Assembly (NCBI GenBank): GCA_963696405.1
Contig: CAVOJY010000007.1
Coordinates: 64,332-128,331, forward strand
Source: an uncultured Chloroflexia bacterium
GTDB taxonomy: Bacteria; Chloroflexota; Limnocylindria; Limnocylindrales; CSP1-4
Length of the DNA: 64,000 nucleotides
Reading direction: 5' to 3'
Positions 1 through 9,129 of this stretch are shown piece by piece. How positions within the stretch are numbered: the stretch's first letter is position 1; every line of letters starts with the position of its first letter. A model generated the notes under the pieces. The model worked only from the letters and a program-made list of their open reading frames with translations, searched no databases and was not told the origin of the DNA. Made by a program: the position numbers and the translations under genes.

Positions 1-160
1 ACGGCGGCTCAGTGCCGATACCCGACGCCGCCGGCACGGCCGTTCCCGCGGAGGACGACGATGAGCCGGCCGGGGAAGGGGAGGGCGCTGAGAGTGACGG
101 CGCCGCACCGCAGCCCACGACGGCCAGCCCGAAGAGGAGGGCGAGAGCCCCCAGGCGCAT
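1..160 (-). CDS. lipoprotein, N-terminal fragment running off the window start (MRLGALALLFGLAVVGCGAAPS...)
   Basis: Reverse complement of 1-160 gives an ATG (158-160) preceded by GGAG, then a signal peptide with lipobox VVGC. The ORF track starts only on + here, so this was read by hand. Confidence 0.45.
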   Translation of the reverse strand, partial: MRLGALALLFGLAVVGCGAAPSLSAPSPSPAGSSSSSAGTAVPAASGIGTEPP

Positions 161-309
161 CGGCGAGCTCCTGCCGGTCACGGCCGAAGCATAGCGGCCG
201 CGCCCTTCACGGCGCCCGACCCGCGCTCGCGGTGCGGGCGCGCTGCCGCTCCTGCCCGGCGACCCCTGCATCCGCGGAGCCATTCGGCGCGTAGCATCCT
301 TTAGGTGGA

Positions 310-567
310 GTGGTGAGTTTGGATCCGCAGGGGTTCGTGCGCACGAACGATCACTACGAGACCTCGCTCCCCGGCCTGTTTGCCGCGGGCGACGTCCGTG
401 CCGGATCAACGAAGCAGATCGGCAGCGCCGCCGGCGAGGGCATCGCGGCTTTGGGGCGGTACCTCCAGGAGCGCGGGCAGTGGCGGAGCCCGCGCAGAAT
501 GGGGCACCGCAGGCCTGAAGGCCAAGGGCACTCTCGGGTCCGGCCGACGGCAGGCGCTTCAGGATGA
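310..567 (+). pseudogene. thioredoxin-reductase C-terminal remnant (GLFAAGDV...QIGSAAGEGIAALGRYL) with no N-terminal part
   Basis: Residues match only the last ~55 aa of TrxB-type flavoprotein disulfide reductases. Upstream frames hold no FAD/NAD domain. The ORF has AGGTGGAG just upstream and ends in ATGA, overlapping the next gene start. Confidence 0.5.
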
Positions 568-1505
568 CCCGCGCACCGACCCATCCTCTGCACACCGACG
601 CGCGCGCCGGCGCCGCTGTGAGAGGACTCAATACGGCCGTGCTTGTCTTCCTCATGAGCCGCCCGAGCCATCTCCTCCTCCAGGCCGTGGTCTTCCTGCT
701 CGGGATCGCGGTTGCGAGGGCACACGATGTCCCCATCGATCCGGTCCGCTGGGCCGTGGGCCTGGCGGTCTTCCTTCCCTTGGCGGGGAGTGTCCACGTG
801 GCGAACGAATATGCCGACCACGAGACCGATGCCCTGACCGTGCGTACGCCATTCTCCGGCGGTTCGGGAACCCTCCCGCGCACCGGGCGGTCCCCGGCGC
901 TCGCGCTTGCCGCGGCAGGGGCGCTCCTCGCGGGGGGTACGGCGCTTGCCGTGGCGGCAGCCGTCACGGGTACCTTGCATCCGGTTGCGGCCGCGCTGCT
1001 GGCCCTGGGCACCCTCGGCGGCTGGGCCTACTCGGTCGGGCCGTTCCCCCTGGGGTGGCACGGGCTGGGGGAGGTGACCAACTCTCTCCTCGGCGGGATG
1101 GTGCTGCCGCTCTACGGCGTCGCAGTGGCGGGCGGCGCCGTTGATGCGGAGGCCGCCCTCGTCTTCCTGCCCTTCACGCTCCTCGTGGGGGCAAACCTGC
1201 TGGCGACGACGTGGCCGGACCGCGATGCGGACGCCCGCGTCGGGAAGCGGACACTCGCGACCCGCTGGCCGGTTCCGTGGCTGCGGGCGGTCTATGCGGC
1301 GACGAACGCGGCGTTCGTCGCCGCGACCGTGCTGCTCGCTCCCGGTCCGCTCGATCCTCGTGTCGCGGCAGCCAGTCTCCTGGTCGTCCCGCTCGTCGGC
1401 TTTGGCATGCTGGTGTACACGCGGTGGCGATCGCCGTTCCCGGCGGTGGCGGCCATGGTCGCAGTCGCGATCATCCAGCTGGCCGCCTGGTGGGCGGTCG
1501 GCTGA
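564..1505 (+). CDS. UbiA-family aromatic/polyprenyl prenyltransferase
   Basis: Motifs NEYADHETD (NxxxDxxxD) and DRDAD are present, in a protein of about 8 TM segments. Confidence 0.8.
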   Translation: MTRAPTHPLHTDARAGAAVRGLNTAVLVFLMSRPSHLLLQAVVFLLGIAVARAHDVPIDPVRWAVGLAVFLPLAGSVHVANEYADHETDALTVRTPFSGGSGTLPRTGRSPALALAAAGALLAGGTALAVAAAVTGTLHPVAAALLALGTLGGWAYSVGPFPLGWHGLGEVTNSLLGGMVLPLYGVAVAGGAVDAEAALVFLPFTLLVGANLLATTWPDRDADARVGKRTLATRWPVPWLRAVYAATNAAFVAATVLLAPGPLDPRVAAASLLVVPLVGFGMLVYTRWRSPFPAVAAMVAVAIIQLAAWWAVG

Positions 1506-1575
1506 AGGCAGTGCCAGTGGCGCGCAGCCGAGCCCGGAGGAACGGCCGGTCTGCGACCAGGCAGCCGTCCCTCGC

Positions 1576-2952
1576 CTAGCGGCCCGTGCGGAGGGCCCGG
1601 GCCATCAGCCGAAGCCCCGGCTTCTGGCCGTACATCAGTACGCCGGCGGCGTAGATCCGCGCGGCAATCCACACGCAGATGGCGATCGTGATGACCACCA
1701 GGAGCATCGCGATGACCGCTTCCCACGGGGCAGCCTTGCCGGCCATGAGCCGCGTCGGCATCAGGTACGGGCTCAGGAAGGGTACGTACGAGAGGGCCAC
1801 GACCCAGGGCGCGTCGAGTTCGAAGAGCCCCGTCGCGGCGTAGACCGACACGAGGTAGCCCGCCGTCGAGATGAGCATCATCGGCGCGATGATCTGGTTG
1901 ACGTCCTCCTGCCGGCTCACCAGTGACCCGGCGGCGGCGAACAGGACGGCGTACATACCGAAGCCGAGCACGAGGAAGATCGTGAAGGCGAGCAGGACCG
2001 GGATGGTGAGGCCCGAGGGGAGGGCGAGGTCTCCGGTAGATCCGCCCAGGATCATGGCCGCGATCTGGCCCTGGAAGATGAGCGCGATCGCTGCCGGCAC
2101 GATGACCACGACGTACTGCGTGAGGGCCACCGCCCCGACGCCCAGCACCTTGCCCCCGAGAAGCTCGACCGGCGTCGCCGCCCCCAGGATGATCTCCATG
2201 ACCCGGCTGCTCTTCTCCTCGACCACGCTCATGGCGACCCACGTCCCGTAGAGGACGATGGCCATGAAGATGAAGATCGCGAGAGCGGAGCCCACCAGCG
2301 TGTTCGTGATGTCCTGCGTCAGCCCGGATTGGCTCGACTGGGGCTTCGAGGGATCGGGGTTCTGGATCGAGTACTCCGGAGGGACGAAGAGCCGCCCCTG
2401 CTGCGCCGGATCCAGCCCGGCCTGCGCAAGGCGGTCCCCGATGGCGATCGCCGTCGAGGCCTGCTGAATGAGCTGCGGCGTTCGCCCGAACGGCCGGTCG
2501 TTCGTGTAGAGCGTGAAGTCGAGATCGCCGGAGCCGGAGCGCGAGATCACGAGCAGAGCGTTGAGCTTGCCGTCGAGGACGGCCGCCCGGCCCTCCTCCT
2601 CGCTGGGCACCGTCGAGATGGAGAAATCCTTGTCGGCTGTGGCTCCCGCCCCGGCCTCGCCTGTGTCCGCGCCGCCCGAACCGATCCTGGCCTGGGCGTT
2701 GAGGAGCGCGTCGAGCGTGACCACGGGATCGCCGTGCGGGTCCGCGCCGCCCGTGTACACGCCGACCTTCTGGCTCTCGTTTCGATCGAAGTAGCTGATG
2801 ATGGTGGGCGCCATGGCGAGGCCAACGGCCGCGATCAGCAGGACGATCGTGGTGACGATGAACGTTCTCGTGCTCGCCCGCCATGTGTATTCCCGCCGGG
2901 CGACCGCATAGACGTTGCCGAGCGTGTGCCGCGGGCTCAGGGAGCGCTTCAT
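1576..2952 (-). CDS. ABC-2 type transporter permease (NatB-like)
   Basis: Single N-terminal TM segment, a large extracytoplasmic domain, then a C-terminal 5-6 TM bundle. Overlaps the upstream ATPase gene by ATGA. Confidence 0.8.
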   Translation of the reverse strand: MKRSLSPRHTLGNVYAVARREYTWRASTRTFIVTTIVLLIAAVGLAMAPTIISYFDRNESQKVGVYTGGADPHGDPVVTLDALLNAQARIGSGGADTGEAGAGATADKDFSISTVPSEEEGRAAVLDGKLNALLVISRSGSGDLDFTLYTNDRPFGRTPQLIQQASTAIAIGDRLAQAGLDPAQQGRLFVPPEYSIQNPDPSKPQSSQSGLTQDITNTLVGSALAIFIFMAIVLYGTWVAMSVVEEKSSRVMEIILGAATPVELLGGKVLGVGAVALTQYVVVIVPAAIALIFQGQIAAMILGGSTGDLALPSGLTIPVLLAFTIFLVLGFGMYAVLFAAAGSLVSRQEDVNQIIAPMMLISTAGYLVSVYAATGLFELDAPWVVALSYVPFLSPYLMPTRLMAGKAAPWEAVIAMLLVVITIAICVWIAARIYAAGVLMYGQKPGLRLMARALRTGR

Positions 2953-3899
2953 GACGGATGTGCCTCCGGCACGGCGGCCAGCGTTCTCTCGTCGCGGTCG
3001 ACCGTCCCCACGTGCTCGATGAAGATGTCCTCGATGGTGGGATCGCCGATCTCGAAACGGGTGATCGACTCACCCCGGGCAAGGGCCGCCTGGAGGATTG
3101 ACCCGGGTTCGCGGCCCGCCGCAACCCGCAACTCCGAGTAGTCACGGCCCCAGCGAGTGATGGTGACGCCATCGAGTTCGGTCAGCCAGGGAAGGTCCGG
3201 GTCGCCGGCCACCCCGAGGCGGACCACCTGGCGCCCGCTCTGGCGGCGCACCTCCTGCACGGGTCCGCCCACCACCATCCGCCCCCGGTCGATGATGGCA
3301 ATCGAATCGGCCAGTTCCTCGACCATCTCCATCTGGTGCGTGCTGAAGACGAGGGTCTTTCCACGGTCGCGCATCGCCAGGAACGCCTCCTTGAGGAGCG
3401 CGACGTTCACCGGGTCGAGCGCGGCGAACGGCTCATCCATGAGGAGAACATCCGGGTCGTGGAGGATGGCGGCGATGAACTGGATCTTCTGCTGGTTGCC
3501 CTTCGACAGCTCCTCCGCTCGACGGTCGGCGTATTCGGGCACCCGGAAGCGGGTCAGCCAGTAGCGGACCTCGTCTGCTGCTTTCCGGCGAGGGATCCCG
3601 TAGAGCGACGCGAAGAAGACGAGCTGGTCGAGGATCTTCATTCGCGGATAGAGGCCGCGCTCCTCCGGGAGGTAACCCCAGGTCCGGCGCGGGATGTGCC
3701 GAGCGTCGCTGCCGTTCCACGTGACCGAGCCTTCGTCCGGACGGAGGATGTCGAGGATGATCCGCATCGTCGTGGTCTTCCCCGCGCCGTTCGCTCCGAG
3801 GAAGCCGAAGACGACGCCGGGCTCCACGCTGAAGCTGATCCCGTCGAGCGCCTGGACCTCTTCGAACCGCTTCTTCAGGCCGTCGATGACGAGCGCCAT
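2949..3899 (-). CDS. ABC transporter ATP-binding protein (NatA-like)
   Basis: Walker A GANGAGKTT, signature LSKGNQQK, Walker B LLMDEP. Confidence 0.9.
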   Translation of the reverse strand: MALVIDGLKKRFEEVQALDGISFSVEPGVVFGFLGANGAGKTTTMRIILDILRPDEGSVTWNGSDARHIPRRTWGYLPEERGLYPRMKILDQLVFFASLYGIPRRKAADEVRYWLTRFRVPEYADRRAEELSKGNQQKIQFIAAILHDPDVLLMDEPFAALDPVNVALLKEAFLAMRDRGKTLVFSTHQMEMVEELADSIAIIDRGRMVVGGPVQEVRRQSGRQVVRLGVAGDPDLPWLTELDGVTITRWGRDYSELRVAAGREPGSILQAALARGESITRFEIGDPTIEDIFIEHVGTVDRDERTLAAVPEAHPS

Positions 3900-4112
3900 G
3901 CGCAGACCTCCTGTTGCCTCGTACGAGGAGCAAGGAGCAAGGAGCCTGGAGCAGGGATCCTGGTCTCCTGCCGCGGGCGGGCCATCCGGGTCCGACCGTG
4001 CGCTGCATGAGGGTACCGCGGGCGGCGCGGCGGTGCGCCCGCGCCGCGGTGCGGCGATATACTCGCCCGCTGCGGTCGCAGCCGCGGAACGACACTACCT
4101 GGGAGACGGGCG

Positions 4113-5045
4113 ATGGAACCGATCGAGACACTCTGGGAAGCTCCGCCCGACGCCGATGAGCCGAAGGAGCATCGCGGCGGCCTCCTTCCTCCAAGGCTCC
4201 GGGAACTGCACCCCAGCCCCCTGTCGATCGGTCTGCGGAGCGACCGCCCCACGGTGATCGCGAACTTCGTCGCCACGATTGACGGCACGGTCGCGCTGGA
4301 TCGCCGAGGACAGACGGCCGCCGGCGAGATCAGCGGCTTTGCGGAGCCGGATCGCTTCTTCGTCGGCCTCCTCCGGTCGCTCGCCGACGTCGTCCTCGTT
4401 GGCGCCGCAACCTTCCGGGCGACCCGCGACCACGTGTGGACGCCCGCCGGAGTGTTCCCGCCAAGCATGGTCGGCTACGCGGAGCTGCGCAGAGTGGCCG
4501 GCGTCCGGTCGCAGGAGCCCTCCCTGGCCGTCGTCTCCGCGCGCGGAGAGATCAACCCCGGGCACCCGGGGCTGAACGCACCGAACGTGCCCGTCATCCT
4601 CGCCACGACCCTCGCCGGAGACCGGACCTTCCGCGCTGCAGCGTCCACCCGCGGTCCGCGCGCTTCGAGCGCCCCGCTGCGCATCGAGGTGCTTGGTGAG
4701 GGCGACGCGATCTCCCCGCGGGCGCTCATCGACTCCTTCCGACGCCTCGGCGCGCGCCTCGTGCTCTGCGAAGGTGGCCCACACCTGCTCGGCCAGTTGC
4801 TGGCGGCGGGGCTGGTCGATGAGCTGTTCCTCACGATTTCGCCGCAGCTGGTGGGTCGCGACGACGGACACGAGCGGCTTGCGCTCGTCGAGGGCGCCAC
4901 TCTTCCCCCGGGTCCGGGTCGCTGGGGCAGCCTGCGCTCGGTGCGACGCTCGCGGGATTTCCTGTTCCTGCGCTATCGCCTGGCCCCCCGGGCGGCCGCG
5001 CCCGCTCCCGCCGTGGAGGCGGCCGCGGTACGCGAAGTCGGCTGA
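4113..5045 (+). CDS. RibD C-terminal-domain / dihydrofolate-reductase-like pyrimidine reductase family protein
   Basis: RibD_C-like pattern (TIDGTVAL...VVLVGAATFRATR...GGPHLLGQLLAAGLVDELFLTISP). Confidence 0.7.
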   Translation: MEPIETLWEAPPDADEPKEHRGGLLPPRLRELHPSPLSIGLRSDRPTVIANFVATIDGTVALDRRGQTAAGEISGFAEPDRFFVGLLRSLADVVLVGAATFRATRDHVWTPAGVFPPSMVGYAELRRVAGVRSQEPSLAVVSARGEINPGHPGLNAPNVPVILATTLAGDRTFRAAASTRGPRASSAPLRIEVLGEGDAISPRALIDSFRRLGARLVLCEGGPHLLGQLLAAGLVDELFLTISPQLVGRDDGHERLALVEGATLPPGPGRWGSLRSVRRSRDFLFLRYRLAPRAAAPAPAVEAAAVREVG

Positions 5046-5070
5046 GCGGCCGGCCCGGCGAAGGAGTCCG

Positions 5071-6798
5071 GTGAGAGCCACTCGCCCTGCGGCCCGCCCT
5101 GGGGGAACGGCTCCGCGAGCGCAGGGGAGGCGACCCCGCGTCGTGGTCGTCGGCGCAGGCTTCGCGGGGCTGGCCGCCGTCCGCGCGCTGGGGAAGGTCG
5201 CGGTCGAGGTCGTCCTGGTTGACCAACACAACTTCCATCTCTTCACCCCGCTCGCGTACCAGGTCGCCTCGGCCCTCCTGGATCCTTCCGAGATCGCCCA
5301 CCCCGTGCGCGGGATCGTGAGGGGCCAGGGCAATGTCCGCTTCCGCCTGGGCACCGCGGCCGGGGTGGACCTCGATGCCCGGGAGCTCGAGCTGGAGGAC
5401 GGTCGTCTGCCCTACGACTACCTTGTGCTCGCCGCCGGCAGCGTGACCGACTTCTTCGGGAATGACACTCTCCGTGAGCACGCCTACCCGCTGAAAGACC
5501 TGCAGGACGCGCTCGACCTCCGGTATCGCGTGCTCGAGCAGTTCGAGACAGCATCGGTCACGCCCGACCCGGTCCTCAGGCGGCGGCTCCTGACCTTCGC
5601 AGTCGTGGGGGGTGGGCCCACCGGCGTGGAGTACGCCGGGGCGCTGTCCGAACTGATCCGCCTCGTGCTGCGCGGTGACTTCCCCGAGCTCGACGTGGAC
5701 GACGTGCGGATCTACCTTCTCGAAGGCGCGGATCGAATCCTCGGCGCGTTCGAGCGGCGACTGGCTCGGGCGGCTTCGCGAATCCTCAGGCGAAAGGGCA
5801 TCGCGGTTGTGCCGAGGGCCCTGGTGGCGGAGGTCGGCGATGGCATCATCAGGCTCTCCGATGGACGCGAGCTGGAGGCGGGCACCGTGGTGTGGACGGC
5901 CGGGGTCCGTGGCTCTGAGCTGGCTCGGACCCTGGGTCGGCCACTCGGGCGTGCCGGCCGCGTACCGGTTGCCCCGACGCTCCGGCTGCCCGGCTCGCGC
6001 GAGGTCTTCGTGATAGGTGACATGGCCGAGCTGAGCGATCGCGCGTCAGGCGGCGCACCGCTGCCGATGCTGGCGCCGGTGGCGATCCAGGAGGGTACGT
6101 ACGCCGGCCGGGCCATCGCCGGCCTCCTCGAGGGACGGGACCCGGAGCCGTTCCGCTACCGCGACCGCGGCACGATGGCCACCATTGGTCGCAACGCTGC
6201 AGTCGCCCAGATCGGCCGCCTTCGCTTCGCCGGTCGGCTCGCCTGGCTCGCCTGGCTCTTCGTGCACCTGGCCCAGATCATCGGCTTCCGCAACCGGCTG
6301 GTTGTGCTCGTCAACTGGGCCTGGGACTACTTCTTCTACGACCGCCCGATCCGGCTCATGGCGAGCTCTGCTCGCGGAGCTGCGGTTGACACAGGCTCGC
6401 GGCCGATGCTACGGTCCGCGGCTTGCCCCGGCCGCGCCGGGGTCACGGTCGTCGACACGATGAACACGAAGGAGTCGGAGATGGCGAAGTACCTGCTCGC
6501 GTATCACGGTGGCGACATGCCGCAGAGCCCGGAGGAACAGGCCCGCATCATGGCGGCGTGGGAGAAGTGGTACGGCGCGCTCGGCCCTGCGGTGGTCGAT
6601 CCGGGCAACCCCGTCGGTCACGCGCGGACCATTGCCCGCGATCGGTCCGTGAGCGAGGGTGGCGGTTCCAACCCGGTGAGTGGATACACGGTCATCCAGG
6701 CCGACACCCTGGACGCGGCGGTCGCCCTGGCCAGGGGATGCCCGGTTCTCGACGGCAACGGCAGCGTCGAGGTCTGCGAGACGTTCGACGTCATGTGA
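5071..6798 (+). CDS. ndh: type II NADH:quinone oxidoreductase (NDH-2). The reading frame has no stop before the YciI-like gene
   Basis: GTG start with AAGGAG 4 nt upstream. Two dinucleotide-binding GxGxxG motifs (VVVVGAGFAGL, FAVVGGGPTGVE) and a C-terminal amphipathic membrane anchor ending about 6360. The frame then continues without a stop to 6798. Confidence 0.75.
   Translation: MRATRPAARPGGTAPRAQGRRPRVVVVGAGFAGLAAVRALGKVAVEVVLVDQHNFHLFTPLAYQVASALLDPSEIAHPVRGIVRGQGNVRFRLGTAAGVDLDARELELEDGRLPYDYLVLAAGSVTDFFGNDTLREHAYPLKDLQDALDLRYRVLEQFETASVTPDPVLRRRLLTFAVVGGGPTGVEYAGALSELIRLVLRGDFPELDVDDVRIYLLEGADRILGAFERRLARAASRILRRKGIAVVPRALVAEVGDGIIRLSDGRELEAGTVVWTAGVRGSELARTLGRPLGRAGRVPVAPTLRLPGSREVFVIGDMAELSDRASGGAPLPMLAPVAIQEGTYAGRAIAGLLEGRDPEPFRYRDRGTMATIGRNAAVAQIGRLRFAGRLAWLAWLFVHLAQIIGFRNRLVVLVNWAWDYFFYDRPIRLMASSARGAAVDTGSRPMLRSAACPGRAGVTVVDTMNTKESEMAKYLLAYHGGDMPQSPEEQARIMAAWEKWYGALGPAVVDPGNPVGHARTIARDRSVSEGGGSNPVSGYTVIQADTLDAAVALARGCPVLDGNGSVEVCETFDVM
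6386..6415 (+). promoter_or_regulatory. candidate sigma70-type promoter (TTGACA - 18 nt - TACGGT) inside the ndh/yciI junction
   Basis: TTGACA at 6386-6391 and TACGGT at 6410-6415. AAGGAG at 6469-6474 precedes ATG 6481. Confidence 0.35.
6481..6798 (+). CDS. YciI-like (dimeric alpha/beta-barrel) protein, probably an independent gene
   Basis: MAKYLLAYHGG...VSGYTVIQADTLDAAVALARGCP is typical of the YciI/DGPF-like superfamily. It has its own RBS and an upstream promoter-like site. Confidence 0.55.
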   Translation: MAKYLLAYHGGDMPQSPEEQARIMAAWEKWYGALGPAVVDPGNPVGHARTIARDRSVSEGGGSNPVSGYTVIQADTLDAAVALARGCPVLDGNGSVEVCETFDVM

Positions 6799-6800
6799 CC

Positions 6801-6868
6801 GCCGCGGGGGGATGATCGCCGCGGGGGGATGATCGCGTCTGGGGCGTGATCGCCGCGGTGGCGCGCTC
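6801..6868. repeat. 17-bp tandem repeat (gccgcggggggatgatc x2 perfect plus 2 degenerate copies)
   Basis: Direct reading of 6801-6817 and 6818-6834, which are identical, followed by two decayed copies. Confidence 0.6.
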
Positions 6869-6931
6869 GTCGTATCCTCGGCTCGAGACCAGCAGGCCCG
6901 GGCCGGCATGCCCGGTGCGAGGGAGAGCGCC

Positions 6932-8063
6932 ATGACCAGGGACCTCCGCCTCGACGCGATTCATCGACCCCTCCAACTCCCGTACCATCCGCTGTACCGC
7001 TTCTACCAGGGCGGCGGGCTCGCCCAGGGGTTCCGCGGGCTGCCCGCGCCGAAGGACAGCTGGTGGAGCGAGGACTGGGTCGGGTCGGTGACGACCGCCG
7101 GCAACCCCGACCCGGACGGCAACGTCCAGGGCCTCTCCCGGGTGGACGTGCCCGGAGTGGGCGAGGTCGCCCTCCGCGAGCTCGTCGAGGCGTACCCGGA
7201 GGAGATGATCGGCACGGCCTTCGCGGACCGCTGGGGGGTGACCACCGGTGTCCTTGTCAAACTCCTCGCGCCCGGGGGCCGCGTCCCGCTCCACGGCCAC
7301 CCGAACCGCACCTGGGCCTCGGAGCACCTCGGTTCACCGTGGGGCAAGGCCGAGGCATGGATCCTGCTGGACACGCCCGGCACCGCCGAGGAGCCGCCGT
7401 ACGCGGGGATCGGCTTCCGCGAGGGCGTGACGTACAAGGGCTTCCGTGCGGCGATGGATCGCCAGGACAGCGTCGAGCTCCGGGCGATGCTCCACCGTAC
7501 CGAGATCCGCCCCGGCGAGACCTGGCTCGATGAATCCGCGCGTGCCTCACCTGCTCGGCCCGCAGCTCCTGTTCATCGAGATCCAGGAACCCTCCGACCA
7601 CATCGTGATTCCCGAGTGGTGGGCGTCGGGCGTCGACCAGGACGCGGCGACGATGGGCCTGGGCTGGGATCTGGCACTCGAGATGCTCGACTTCTCCGCG
7701 ACGGTGACCCGGGAGGAGGCGCTTGGGCAGGCGCGTCAGCCGGAGACAGTGCTGCGATCGTCGGGCGGGGGCGCGGCCCGCGCCGACGGCGGGGCAACCC
7801 GGGAGACCCGGCTCTTCGCTCCCGATGCCCTGCAGTTCTTCGATGCGCACCGGCTCGAGGTAGCCGATCAGCTGCCGGTCGAGGACCGGCGCTTCTCCAT
7901 CGACGTTGTGACCGGAGGCGATGGCTGGATCGAGGGCGAGTGGGGCCGGACGCCCATCGCGCGCGGCCGGACCTTCGCCACGGCGGCGTCCTTGCCGCAC
8001 CGGTTCGTCGCCGGGTCGATCGCTCTCGAGGTCGTCCGTTGCATGGGCCCGGCCCTGGAGTAG
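6932..8063 (+). CDS. manA: mannose-6-phosphate isomerase class I, with an apparent frameshift near 7525-7545
   Basis: N-terminal part in frame 2 (LLAPGGRVPLHGHP zinc site). The C-terminal part continues in frame 0 from about 7530 (VPHLLGPQLLFIEIQEPSDHIV). Summed length is about 385 aa. Confidence 0.7.
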
Positions 8064-8150
8064 CGGAGTTGGCGCGACCGCGGACCGCGAACGCGGAGAG
8101 GGCGCACGTTGCCGCGCGCCCTCTCGTGGCCAGCTGGTCGGGCCGAGCGC

Positions 8151-8495
8151 CTACATGAGGCCGACGATGTGGCCCTCGGGGTCGGCGAAGAGCGCGATCG
8201 TCGTGCCCGGCGCGATCTCCGTGAGCGGCTGGATCACGCGACCGCCGCGAGCCTCGACGCGCCGGAGGGTAGCCGCCGCGTCGTCGGCGTGCACGTAGAA
8301 CGTGACGTGTCCCGGTGACCCCGCGGGCGCCTGGCCGATGCCACCGCCGATGCCGTGGTCGCCCTCGGCCACCATCCCGTAGCCGTCCGGGTTGTTCGTG
8401 TCGAGCTTCCAGCCGAAGACGTCGGAGTAGAACCGCTGGAGCGCAGGTCCATCCTTGCCCAGGACCTCGAAGTGAACGACATGGCTTGCCATCAT
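8151..8495 (-). CDS. VOC / glyoxalase-bleomycin resistance family protein
   Basis: MMASHVVHFEV...GHVTFYVHADD...IALFADPEGHIVGLM, with GGAAAGGGAG upstream. Confidence 0.8.
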   Translation of the reverse strand: MMASHVVHFEVLGKDGPALQRFYSDVFGWKLDTNNPDGYGMVAEGDHGIGGGIGQAPAGSPGHVTFYVHADDAAATLRRVEARGGRVIQPLTEIAPGTTIALFADPEGHIVGLM

Positions 8496-8658
8496 GAACT
8501 CCCTTTCCTGGCTTGCGCCGTCGGCCCCTGGTGGGCCGTAGCTCGACAAGACGAACGGGATGCGGGGGAATCGACATCACCGCTCGACAGGGGGGCCGCC
8601 CGGGTGTACAAGTAGCGGCTGCCAGGAGGGCCCGGGAGGCGATGCTCTTCCGCCTTTC

Positions 8659-8684
8659 GGTCAATTCCGTCTCCGCCGTTCGTC
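8659..8684 (+). promoter_or_regulatory. candidate ECF-type promoter (GGTCAAT - 15 nt - CGTC) upstream of the DGPF-sigma pair
   Basis: Motif resemblance only. It sits 70 nt upstream of the DGPF gene. Confidence 0.2.
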
Positions 8685-8753
8685 TTCTCCGGGACGACAG
8701 GGCGAGCCGTTCGATCGGGTCGCCTCGACTCTTGTCCGCCGGAAGGAGAACCG

Positions 8754-9119
8754 ATGCAGTACCTGTTCCTCATCTACCAGCCCACCGCGACCGCCGAGCC
8801 GACCGAGGTCGAGATGGCTGCCATGTGGGAGGCCTACAGCGCGTTCAACCGGGAGGCCGTGGACCGCGGCGTGATTCGAGGAGGCGAAGCGCTCGCGCCC
8901 GTATCCGCGGCGACCACGGTCCGGGTTCGAGGCGCCAGCACGCTCATCACCGACGGCCCGTTCGCCGAGACGAAAGAGACGCTGGGCGGCTACTACCTGC
9001 TCGATTGCCGGGACCTTGACGAGGCGATCGAGCTCGCCGCGAAGATCCCGGGCGCCCGCAACGGAGCGATCGAGATCCGGCCGATCATCCCGACCCCCGA
9101 GCCCCGGGCATCGGCCTGA
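8754..9119 (+). CDS. YCII-related / DGPF-domain protein
   Basis: ITDGPFAETKETLGGYYLLDC motif. Found immediately upstream of the sigma factor, a pairing I recognise. Confidence 0.8.
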   Translation: MQYLFLIYQPTATAEPTEVEMAAMWEAYSAFNREAVDRGVIRGGEALAPVSAATTVRVRGASTLITDGPFAETKETLGGYYLLDCRDLDEAIELAAKIPGARNGAIEIRPIIPTPEPRASA

Positions 9120-9129
9120 GCAGCGGCGC

